Source of the DNA: Syntrophales bacterium
GTDB taxonomy: Bacteria > Desulfobacterota > Syntrophia > Syntrophales > CG2-30-49-12
Reading direction: 5' to 3'
Assembly (NCBI GenBank): GCA_030018935.1
Contig: JASEGZ010000006.1
Location: 2,579-66,578, forward strand
Length of the DNA: 64,000 nucleotides
Made by a program: the position numbers and the translations under genes. The notes below the pieces were generated by a model. That model saw only the letters and a program-made list of their open reading frames with translations. It was not told the origin of the DNA and did no database searches. Below, piece by piece: positions 56,532-64,000 of the stretch. The stretch's first letter is position 1, and the number at the start of each line of letters is the position of its first letter.

Positions 56532-58421
56532 CTATTCCTTGCGGAGGGCCGCTTCTATTTCCATCTTCTTTATCGTAATCAGGAGGGCCGTAAGGGCGGC
56601 CTGCGTCATCCCCGGTATCCGCTCGGCCTGTCCGATGGTAGCAGGTTCTAATCTGGTTAATTTCATCTTCAATTCGGTGGAAAGTCCCGGGATGGAGGAG
56701 TAGTCCACGTAGGAAGGGATTTTTTTGTCCTCCAGTTCGGCCATCTTCTTGACCGCCTCGACCTGCCGTTTTATGTACCCTTCGTATTTAGCCTCGATCT
56801 CGATCTGCTTTTTGACCATCCGATCCAATACCGGTTCCCATCCAGCGAAAACTTTCAGATCATCGTAGGTGATTTCATTCCGTTTGAGGAGCTGGTACAG
56901 AGTTGCCGGATTTTTAATTGGTTTAGATCCCATTTTGACAAGGGTCGTGTTGACATCTGGGTTGGGGTAGACTTTTACGGCAGAGAGCTTTTTAATGCCC
57001 TCCTCCACCTGCCGGACCTTTTCCTGGAGATGTTCGTAATGCTCCCGACAGATCAGACCCAGGTCATATCCTTTACCCATCAGACGGATGGCGGCGTTAT
57101 CCTCCCTCAGGATCAGCCTGTATTCAGCCCTCGAGGTAAACATCCGGTACGGTTCATCAACACCCCTGATCACAAGGTCATCAATCATGACCCCCATGTA
57201 GGCATCAGACCGGTGGAGAATAAAGGGAGGTTTTTTCTGTACCGCCAGTGCGGCGTTGATGCCGGTCCACAGCCCCTGTGCGGCAGCCTCCTCGTAGCCG
57301 GAAGTACCGTTGATCTGTCCGGCGAGGTATAGACCGGCAACGAGTTTGGTTTCGAGGGTCCTTCTGAGTTGTGTCGGTTGTACGAAATCATATTCGATAG
57401 CATAGGCTGATCGCATGATCTCAGCCTGTTCGAGGCCGGGAACGCTGTGGACAATATCTTCCTGAAGTGCAGGCGGCATGCTGTTGCCCAGACCTTTGGC
57501 GTAAATCTCCTCGGTGTCGAGACCTTCAAACTCGAGAACCACCGGATGTTTTTCTTTATCGGCAAAGCGCATCACCTTATCTTCGAGGGAAGGACAGTAA
57601 CGGGCGCCGATCCCTCTGATAATGCCCGAGTAAAGTGGAGATTGCCCGATATTGTCTCTGATGAGCCGGTGTGTTTCCTGTGTTGTAGAACTGAAATACG
57701 AGGGAAGCCTCTCTTCACGCAGTTTTTCTGTGGTAAAAGAAAAGGGCTGCGGATCGGGATCGCTGTCCTGGCGTTCCAGCCTTGAAAAATCAATGGATGA
57801 GGCCCTTAACCTTGGGGGGGTTCCCGTCTTCATTCTGCCCATTTCAAAACCAAGTTCCTTAAGGCAGGCCGCCAGTTGAATGGAGGCGATTTCACCGGCC
57901 CGGCCCGCCGGGTAATGGGCAGTACCGACGTGGATCAATCCATTCAGAAACGTTCCTGTGGTAATGATCACGGTTTTCCCGCCGTAAAAGAAACCGGTAT
58001 TATCCTCCACACCAATCACCCTGCCTCTGGCGATTATCAGGCGATCCACAAGGGCCTGGCGGAGATGCAGGTTCTTCTCCTTTTCCAGGATGGCCTTCAT
58101 AGCAAGCCGGTAAAGCTGCTTGTCACACTGGAACCGTGTGGATTGGACGGCCGGTCCCTTCGAGGCATTCAGCAGACGAAAGTGGACGGCTGTCCTGTCG
58201 GCGACCTTTCCCATCTCGCCGCCCAAGGCATCAATTTCCTTGACGAGTTGACCTTTGGCCAGGCCGCCGATCGCCGGATTGCACGACATCAGAGCGATGG
58301 AATCGAGATTGATGTTAAAGAGAAGAGTTGTACAGCCCATCCTTGCCGCAGCCAGGGCCGCCTCACAGCCAGCGTGACCTCCTCCCACCACGATAACGTC
58401 GTAGTTCTTATGCAAACCCAT
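56532..58421 (-). CDS. mnmG: tRNA uridine 5-carboxymethylaminomethyl modification enzyme MnmG (GidA)
   Basis: YDVIVVGGGHAGCEAA at the N-terminus when started at the ATG at 58421 (SD gaggaa upstream). The family is conserved to the C-terminus. The 94-codon upstream extension in the ORF track is not MnmG-like. Confidence 0.95.
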   Translation of the reverse strand: MGLHKNYDVIVVGGGHAGCEAALAAARMGCTTLLFNINLDSIALMSCNPAIGGLAKGQLVKEIDALGGEMGKVADRTAVHFRLLNASKGPAVQSTRFQCDKQLYRLAMKAILEKEKNLHLRQALVDRLIIARGRVIGVEDNTGFFYGGKTVIITTGTFLNGLIHVGTAHYPAGRAGEIASIQLAACLKELGFEMGRMKTGTPPRLRASSIDFSRLERQDSDPDPQPFSFTTEKLREERLPSYFSSTTQETHRLIRDNIGQSPLYSGIIRGIGARYCPSLEDKVMRFADKEKHPVVLEFEGLDTEEIYAKGLGNSMPPALQEDIVHSVPGLEQAEIMRSAYAIEYDFVQPTQLRRTLETKLVAGLYLAGQINGTSGYEEAAAQGLWTGINAALAVQKKPPFILHRSDAYMGVMIDDLVIRGVDEPYRMFTSRAEYRLILREDNAAIRLMGKGYDLGLICREHYEHLQEKVRQVEEGIKKLSAVKVYPNPDVNTTLVKMGSKPIKNPATLYQLLKRNEITYDDLKVFAGWEPVLDRMVKKQIEIEAKYEGYIKRQVEAVKKMAELEDKKIPSYVDYSSIPGLSTELKMKLTRLEPATIGQAERIPGMTQAALTALLITIKKMEIEAALRKE

Positions 58422-58440
58422 AGAATTCCTCTGTCCAGAG

Positions 58441-58475
58441 GGGCGATAGGCTATCGTCTCTTGCCTCTTGCCTAA
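58441..58475. repeat. 7-nt-periodic repeat (GCGATAG GCTATCG TCTCTTG CCTCTTG CCTAAAG)
   Basis: Lies in the divergent mnmG / kinase-like intergenic region. Confidence 0.6.
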
Positions 58476-58609
58476 AGAGAGAGTTATAAAGGCAAAAACA
58501 GAATAACACTTTTCCCCTCGAGAGTTCAACCCCGAAAGAACGGCACAACTTGTGTAATTAACAATTTTTATGTTATAAACTGCGCACGGGAAGCGATTGG
58601 AGTAAGATA

Positions 58610-60199
58610 ATGACCCATCCGAAATTGGTCGAGACGATGAGCAAACCAGAATTCTATCCCCACATGCCGGAGAGGGTTGAACTAATCCAGACCCATGCCT
58701 CATACATATTTATCGCGGGGGATTGTGTTTACAAGGTCAAGAAGGCCGTTGATTTCGGTTTTCTTGATTTTACCGACCTCGATAAAAGGAAGTACTTCTG
58801 TCATGAAGAACTGAGGCTCAACCAGAGGCTGGCCCCGGAGACGTATCTTGAGGTTGTCGGGATCGGTGAGGATGTGGGTGGCAACATCGTCCTGGGAAGG
58901 GGAGAACATATCGTTGAATATGCCGTCAAGATGAGGAAACTCCCCCAGGAGAGGATGTTGAAAAAACTGCTCGCCGCGGGGGAGGTTGATGTTTCCATCA
59001 TGGAAGCCATCGCCAGAAAGCTGGTGGACTTCCACAGGAACGCAGCGACGGGGGACAGGATCAATCTGACAGGGGGGATAGAGACGATCCGCCGCAACCA
59101 CGACGAAAATTTTGCCCAGACAAAACCCTATCTCGAGATAACCATCCCTGAATACCAGTACCGGTTTATCAAATCCTATGCCGATGACTTTATGGATAAA
59201 AAGGAGGCCCTCTTCAGGAAAAGGGTGGCGGACCATAAAATCAGGGATTGCCATGGAGACCTGCACCTTGAGCATATCTGCATCACCGACAGCATTGTCA
59301 TATTTGACTGTATCGAGTTTAACGAACGGTTCAGGTTTGAGGATGTGGCTGCCGAGGTGGCCTTCTTAGTCATGGACTTAGACTACAACGGTTACACGGA
59401 GTATGCCGATGCCTTTGTAAGGGCCTATATCGGATATGCCGGTGATGGTGATATCCATACCCTTCTCAATTTTTACAGATGCTACTACGCCTATGTGCGG
59501 GGTAAGGTCACGAGCTTCATGATAGATGATAAGACCATGCGAGAGGAAGGACGTCGGGTAGCTGTGGAGGCTGCCTCTCGTTATTTTGATCTGGCTTACA
59601 CTTATGCTGCCCGCTTGGAAAAGCCGACCCTGATCCTGATGGCAGGACTGATGGGAACGGGAAAGAGCGTCCTGGCCAGAAATATTGCCCCCCGCCTTGG
59701 CGCCGAGGTCATTCGCACCGACGTTCTGCGTAAGAAGATTTTCCACCTCGCGCCCACGGAACGCCATTACGAAGATTTTGGCAAAGGCATATATTCCGAT
59801 GAGGTCTCCCGGAGGACTTATGAAAAGGCGCTTGCCATAGCATGTGAAAAGCTCCAGGAGGGCAGATCGGTCATTATTGATGCTTCCTACAAAAGACGAG
59901 AAGAACGAATGAAGGCAGCGAGGGCGGCGGAAAAAGCCCTTGCCGACTTCTTTGTTATTGAGTGCATCTGCCCGGAAGAGGTCATTAAAGAGCGTCTTCA
60001 TGCGAGGACGTCTGATTCGGACGAGACCTCGGACGGACGGTGGGAGCTTTTCCAGACCCAGAAGGGTGATTTTGACGAGATTACAGAGATTCCAGAAAAG
60101 AATCATCTGATCATAGATACCTCCCCGAAACCTGAGGAATCCGCACAAAGGACTATCTGGCAGATAAAGAGGAAAGAGGCGAGGGGCAAGAGGCGATAG
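58610..60199 (+). CDS. bifunctional APH-like kinase-fold domain plus P-loop (AAA_33-type) kinase domain protein
   Basis: N-terminal half has the protein-kinase/APH fold (CHGDLHLEHI, VIFDCIEFN). C-terminal half has a P-loop (MAGLMGTGKSVLA). Confidence 0.8.
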   Translation: MTHPKLVETMSKPEFYPHMPERVELIQTHASYIFIAGDCVYKVKKAVDFGFLDFTDLDKRKYFCHEELRLNQRLAPETYLEVVGIGEDVGGNIVLGRGEHIVEYAVKMRKLPQERMLKKLLAAGEVDVSIMEAIARKLVDFHRNAATGDRINLTGGIETIRRNHDENFAQTKPYLEITIPEYQYRFIKSYADDFMDKKEALFRKRVADHKIRDCHGDLHLEHICITDSIVIFDCIEFNERFRFEDVAAEVAFLVMDLDYNGYTEYADAFVRAYIGYAGDGDIHTLLNFYRCYYAYVRGKVTSFMIDDKTMREEGRRVAVEAASRYFDLAYTYAARLEKPTLILMAGLMGTGKSVLARNIAPRLGAEVIRTDVLRKKIFHLAPTERHYEDFGKGIYSDEVSRRTYEKALAIACEKLQEGRSVIIDASYKRREERMKAARAAEKALADFFVIECICPEEVIKERLHARTSDSDETSDGRWELFQTQKGDFDEITEIPEKNHLIIDTSPKPEESAQRTIWQIKRKEARGKRR

Positions 60200-60219
60200 G
60201 CGAGAGCCCATAGCCCCTC
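60176..60219. repeat. 7-nt-periodic repeat (AGGCGAG GGGCAAG AGGCGAT AGGCGAG AGCCCAT AGCCCCT), inverted relative to 58441-58475
   Basis: It overlaps the last codons and the stop of the kinase-like gene (..EARGKRR-stop). Confidence 0.6.
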
Positions 60220-60974
60220 TAGCGGAGGGGGGACAGTTTCATCGTTTGGAAATGGCGGGTTGCCCTTTCTTTCAGGTCAGGGCTGTCAAAGTTCTTAACG
60301 ATTTCTTTATCACTACAGTTGCCGAAAAAGGGACTTACCGTATCTTTTTCCGGATCCACCACCCATACCTGGATGTCCGTTTCCTTGCTATGTTGCTCTC
60401 TGTAGAAACGGATAAAGAGTACCGGGGTATTTTCCGTAGGAACAACGATTACCTGGGTCCCGTCGGGACACTGATGGGCGAAGGCGATAGTGGGGAGGAG
60501 AAGCAAACGAAGACTGGTGTTGTCTTTTGTTGCTGTAAGTTCTTTTGAGTCTATCGGTTCGTCTCGATTGACGATAGTGAAACAAGTGTAGCCTGATTTT
60601 TTTAGAAAGGAGGAGATCACCGTTTCCAGTTGGGGTAATATCATGGGAGCCCGTGTCCTGATGAGTCTCCTGAAGGCTTGTTCCATCTCATTCATGAAGG
60701 ATCTGTGAACGTGAGGGGCGTAAAAGGCCTCCCCCAGATAATCTCTCCGCACCAGGGATGGGGAAAAGATGGATACGGGGTTACTGACTATACTCTCGAA
60801 TATTATCTCTGCTGGCTCACCCCTTAGTTGTTCTTCTAATTGGGTCTTGCTCTCGTTGTCCAGCTTCTCGATCTCCGATCCTATTGCCTGCCTGATTTCC
60901 CCTTCAGAGACGACCTTGTACTCCGAGAGGTAGGAGGTAAGGTTAGAGAATATTTGTGGCAACACATTTTCCAT
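60219..60974 (-). CDS. hypothetical protein downstream of the CooC-like ATPase
   Basis: 251-aa ORF with no recognisable motif. Its 5' end overlaps the ATPase ORF by 94 nt. Confidence 0.5.
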   Translation of the reverse strand: MENVLPQIFSNLTSYLSEYKVVSEGEIRQAIGSEIEKLDNESKTQLEEQLRGEPAEIIFESIVSNPVSIFSPSLVRRDYLGEAFYAPHVHRSFMNEMEQAFRRLIRTRAPMILPQLETVISSFLKKSGYTCFTIVNRDEPIDSKELTATKDNTSLRLLLLPTIAFAHQCPDGTQVIVVPTENTPVLFIRFYREQHSKETDIQVWVVDPEKDTVSPFFGNCSDKEIVKNFDSPDLKERATRHFQTMKLSPLR

Positions 60975-61744
60975 GAGCTTTCCCCTGTTGAGGAAACAGT
61001 TCTGGTCATCAGCTCTGCTATGGCAATGACGGCAGGGGAATCGTCAGGGAGGAAGAGAAACGGTTTCCCTTCCCGGTCGTATCTGGTTATATTTTCATCG
61101 AGCGGAATGGTGCCCATGATTGCCATCCCCGATTCCCTGCAGAAATCACGGTCTTGCTCGGTTACCTTGTTGACTATCAGGCAGGATCTTGCAAATCTGA
61201 CTTCTAATTTCTTTGCCAGTGCCTCGATCGCCTTTGCCGTTTCCGTTCCCCTTTTTGTAGGATCGGTGACTATAAAGAGGAAATCCATGTTACGTATGGT
61301 GCGGCGACTTATGTGCTCCATGCCCGCTTCGCAATCAATGACAGTATAGTCAAACTTCCCGTACATTTTGTCGAGCATGTGACGCATCATATCATTGATG
61401 AGACAGTAACACCCCGGCCCTTCAGGTCGTCCCACCGAGAGGAACTGGAAATCAGGTGTCTTTTCCACTATGCCCCAGAGTTGATTTTCTATCATCAGGT
61501 CCAGCGAGACGCTGCCTGGCGTGGGTTGGAGGGAATCCCTGTAGACTTCCTCCCGGATGTCACCCACGGTTTTCCTCACCCTTATCCCTAAGGCACTACT
61601 GAGACTCATAGCCGGATCGGCATCTATGGCCAGAATCTTAAGGTGTCCATCTTGCTGGGACAGTAGAGAGATCATTATTGAGGAGATAACGGTCTTTCCC
61701 GTACCTCCCTTCCCCGTAACGGCTATGGTGAGATTTCTGTTCAA
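60881..61744 (-). CDS. CooC/MinD-type P-loop ATPase (metal-centre maturation factor-like)
   Basis: Deviant Walker A VTGKGGTGKT, and a CxC motif in EGPGCYCLIN as in CooC-type Ni-insertion ATPases. The C-terminal ~30 residues look like read-on into the next gene. Confidence 0.8.
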   Translation of the reverse strand: MNRNLTIAVTGKGGTGKTVISSIMISLLSQQDGHLKILAIDADPAMSLSSALGIRVRKTVGDIREEVYRDSLQPTPGSVSLDLMIENQLWGIVEKTPDFQFLSVGRPEGPGCYCLINDMMRHMLDKMYGKFDYTVIDCEAGMEHISRRTIRNMDFLFIVTDPTKRGTETAKAIEALAKKLEVRFARSCLIVNKVTEQDRDFCRESGMAIMGTIPLDENITRYDREGKPFLFLPDDSPAVIAIAELMTRTVSSTGESSWKMCCHKYSLTLPPTSRSTRSSLKGKSGRQ

Positions 61745-61755
61745 TAGATATTTCC

Positions 61756-62475
61756 TTACCAGGGAGCCCCTGGACCCTGGGGGGAGGGTGTTGTCTCTGG
61801 CGATTTTTTTGGGGCTTCTTCCTCGGCGAGATGTTTTTTGGTCTCACGGATGAAGTAACTTACCTTGTAATCGAGACCGAGGTTTGCGTAGTCTCTTGTA
61901 ATCGTTTCAAATCTTCCCAAGGCCGCTTTATATCTCTTCTTCTTGAAGTAGAAGTTTCCCACGTAAAACTCATGTTCACCGAGTCTTTTTTTGCAATCCC
62001 TGAGCTTTTTTTCTGCCAGGAAGGAGAATTTGCTGCCGGGAAAGCGGGAGATCAGTCTTTCAAATTCTTTCCGTGCCTTCCATGTCTCTGACTGATCTCT
62101 ATCTATACTGGACATCTGTTTATAATGACACATACCGAGCTGATATATCGCATAGGGGAGGTTTTCATTCGTCGGATGGAGATTGATAAAATCATTATAG
62201 GTCATTTCAGCTTCCGCATATTCACCTTGACTGAAATGGGAATCGGCGATACCTATCTCAGCAAGGAGGGCAACCTGACTCAAGGGATATTCCTCTTTCA
62301 CCCTCTGGAAGAGTTTGATGGCCTTATCGTAACGACCCTTCCCGTAGTGGTTATACCCCTGCTGGTAGAGAGCTTCGGGTGTAGCCTTGGTCATGTCGGC
62401 ACGTTTCCACCAGGCACATCCGGACAGAGAGAGCAGCAGGGCAAGGATAAACAGAAAAACTTTCTTACGACACAC
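61756..62475 (-). CDS. bamD: outer-membrane protein assembly factor BamD (TPR lipoprotein)
   Basis: Lipobox LSLSGC. TPR repeats (YQQGYNHYGKGRYDKAIKLFQ..., AEIGIADSHFSQGEYAEA..., AIYQLGMCHY). Confidence 0.85.
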   Translation of the reverse strand: MCRKKVFLFILALLLSLSGCAWWKRADMTKATPEALYQQGYNHYGKGRYDKAIKLFQRVKEEYPLSQVALLAEIGIADSHFSQGEYAEAEMTYNDFINLHPTNENLPYAIYQLGMCHYKQMSSIDRDQSETWKARKEFERLISRFPGSKFSFLAEKKLRDCKKRLGEHEFYVGNFYFKKKRYKAALGRFETITRDYANLGLDYKVSYFIRETKKHLAEEEAPKKSPETTPSPQGPGAPW

Positions 62476-62575
62476 AATTCACCTCTTCAAGCGGGGAACA
62501 TACTCAGGAGCCAGAAATCAGGAGACAGAATGAAAATAACTTTCTTTTGGTTCTTGGCTCTTGAGTAATTACAGG

Positions 62576-62908
62576 TTATAAACCCTTGTTGACAAATTCT
62601 ATCAGACGATCCTTCGCTACCAGGCCAACAAGCGTATCCAGCACCTTCCCATCTTTAAACAGAATAAGGGTCGGTATGCTCTTTATGCCATATGCCGCCG
62701 CTTTATTGGGATTGTCATCCACATTGAGTTTCGTAACCTTGACGCGCCCTCTGTATTCCTCTGCGAGGTCGGCGATAATCGGGCCTATCGTCTTGCAGGG
62801 GCCACACCAGGGAGCCCAGAAATCAACCAGGGCAGGCTTTTCCGATTTAAGGATTTCCTCATCAAAGTTATTCTCATTAACATGGATTAAGGGACTTTCC
62901 TTTTCCAT
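62576..62908 (-). CDS. trxA: thioredoxin
   Basis: WAPWCGPCK active site. The ATG at 62908 is preceded by a strong SD (aaggagg), so the 20-codon upstream extension in the ORF track is unlikely. Confidence 0.92.
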   Translation of the reverse strand: MEKESPLIHVNENNFDEEILKSEKPALVDFWAPWCGPCKTIGPIIADLAEEYRGRVKVTKLNVDDNPNKAAAYGIKSIPTLILFKDGKVLDTLVGLVAKDRLIEFVNKGL

Positions 62909-63039
62909 TGCGCTTGCCTCCTTTTCACTGGATGTGACTGTATGCCACATTAAACCCTCTGATGTCAAATGCTATTATTTATCCTGACATTGCAAGATCA
63001 GTCAGTAACCGGTAAATTTCCCATAGAATGACCGAGTCT

Positions 63040-63068
63040 TTGACAAATCTCCATGCATCTGTTACGAT
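63040..63068 (+). promoter_or_regulatory. sigma70-like promoter upstream of the MTAP-family gene
   Basis: TTGACA (63040-63045), a 17-nt spacer, then TACGAT (63063-63068). Confidence 0.35.
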
Positions 63069-63134
63069 CCCTAATAATTTGAACTTTAGGTCACTTTAGG
63101 CACTTCCAACTTTAGGCACTTGACTTAAGATTTT

Positions 63135-63848
63135 ATGGAACCTCTCGGCATCATAGCCGGTTCGGCGTTCTTCCAGAGGAGGGAGATTTTTGGGCCCCTG
63201 GAGGAAAAGATGGTGGAAAATGAGTTCGGCCAGGCCATTGTCTTCCTTTCCGATACAGTTATCCTTGTACCGAGGCATGGTAAAGAACCCCCGCATTATA
63301 TCCTCCCCCATCTGATCAATCATCAGGCCAACCTGAGGGCATTGAGAGACTTTGGAGTTAGAGAAGTCATCGGGATCAATTCCACCGGTTCTCTGAGACG
63401 AGGACTAAAACCCGGGACGATCGTTGTCCCCCATGACTTTATCATGCTTTTTGGAGGGCCGACCATCTTTTCCGTAGAACCTGTCCACATTACGCCGGTC
63501 CTGAGTGAAGATCTCCGTCAGAGACTCATTGACGCAGCTATTGAATGCGGTTTTGATGTCGTCAGGGAAGGTATCTACTGGCAGACCAGAGGGCCAAGGC
63601 TGGAAACAAAGGCTGAAATCGCGATGATGTCGCAATTTGCGGATCTTGTGGGAATGACAATGGCCAGTGAGGCGGTAGTTGCAAAAGAACTGGATGTATC
63701 TTATGCGGCTCTCTGTTCGGTGGATAATTATGGTCATGGCCTCGGGGAGAGGGAGTTAACCATGGAAGAGATATCGCAGCATGCCGCCAGAAATGCCGAG
63801 GCAATGACAAGAATTATCACGAGCTATATGGAAAGGAGAAAGGGATGA
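63135..63848 (+). CDS. MTAP-family purine nucleoside / methylthioadenosine phosphorylase
   Basis: LGIIAGSAF, RHGKEPPHYILPHLINHQANLRAL, GINSTGSL, VGMTMASEAVVAKEL. Confidence 0.85.
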   Translation: MEPLGIIAGSAFFQRREIFGPLEEKMVENEFGQAIVFLSDTVILVPRHGKEPPHYILPHLINHQANLRALRDFGVREVIGINSTGSLRRGLKPGTIVVPHDFIMLFGGPTIFSVEPVHITPVLSEDLRQRLIDAAIECGFDVVREGIYWQTRGPRLETKAEIAMMSQFADLVGMTMASEAVVAKELDVSYAALCSVDNYGHGLGERELTMEEISQHAARNAEAMTRIITSYMERRKG

Positions 63849-64000
63849 AATTTTCCCAGAAAGGGGACGGCGGCGAGACAAGTTTACTCGGCGGACAGCG
63901 GATTCCGAAATACGATCCGAGACCGGATACCTACGGGACACTGGATGAAGCCAGCTCCGCTCTCGGTGTGGCTAGAGCGATGGCAAAAAATGGTAAGGTG
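63845..64000 (+). CDS. PduO-type ATP:cob(I)alamin adenosyltransferase (5' part; continues past the window)
   Basis: MKFSQKGDGGETSLLGGQRIPKYDPRPDTYGTLDEASSALGVARAM matches the family N-terminus (T..GD.G.TSL..G.R..K...R.EA.G..DE). The ATG overlaps the previous stop (ATGA). Confidence 0.8.
   Translation, partial: MKFSQKGDGGETSLLGGQRIPKYDPRPDTYGTLDEASSALGVARAMAKNGKV

Noticed and set aside
58422-58703. 94-codon N-terminal extension of the mnmG ORF in the track
   Set aside because: The extension (MRHGSGLVQPSPACGD...) is not MnmG-like, runs through the heptamer repeat and overlaps the divergent kinase-like gene. The canonical FAD-binding N-terminus starts at the ATG at 58421, which has a Shine-Dalgarno sequence.
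59378-60211. 277-aa minus-strand ORF (and 58700..59275, 191 aa) antisense to the kinase-like gene
   Set aside because: These are shadow ORFs on the opposite strand of a gene with clear kinase and P-loop motifs. They have no motifs of their own.

Overview
This is a 64-kb chromosomal segment from near the replication origin of a diderm (Gram-negative-type) bacterium. Gene content suggests an anaerobe: RtcB/archease, ADP-forming acyl-CoA synthetase, CooC-like ATPase, radical-SAM. The core block on the minus strand is parA'-'parB (decayed), dnaA, dnaN, gyrB, gyrA, followed by archease-rtcB. Other housekeeping genes are glyQS, mnmG, trxA, bamD, degP/htrA, yggS, maf and a frameshifted copA. No rRNA, tRNA, CRISPR array, integrase or prophage was recognised. 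Main items for follow-up: (1) An unassigned six-gene module at 50.66-56.52 kb: a MoaD/ThiS-type ubiquitin-like protein ending in GG, an orphan 182-aa protein, a CobS/MoxR-type AAA+ ATPase, a CobT-like VWA protein, a radical-SAM/SPASM enzyme and a ThiF/MoeB E1. (2) A secondary FAS-II-like lipid locus with its own divergent ACP, PPTase and acyltransferase, joined to an Mla-like transporter whose ATPase lacks a Walker A (40.5-50.5 kb). (3) A small low-GC defence islet at 28.5-31.6 kb: a PD-(D/E)xK nuclease-like gene, a beta-class DNA methyltransferase and a candidate restriction endonuclease, followed by a nested inverted-repeat element. (4) A rich set of intergenic repeats: 7-nt-periodic hairpin arrays that often bracket single genes in inverted orientation, GTAG-headed REP hairpins with a truncated RAYT transposase, and a ~197-bp MITE-like element present twice. 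(5) Gene decay and indels: the parAB remnant, G/C-homopolymer frameshifts in copA and a cyclase gene, an in-frame TGA between two outer-membrane-protein ORFs, and an FKBP remnant. All calls come from reading the translated ORFs and the DNA by eye. No database search was run.
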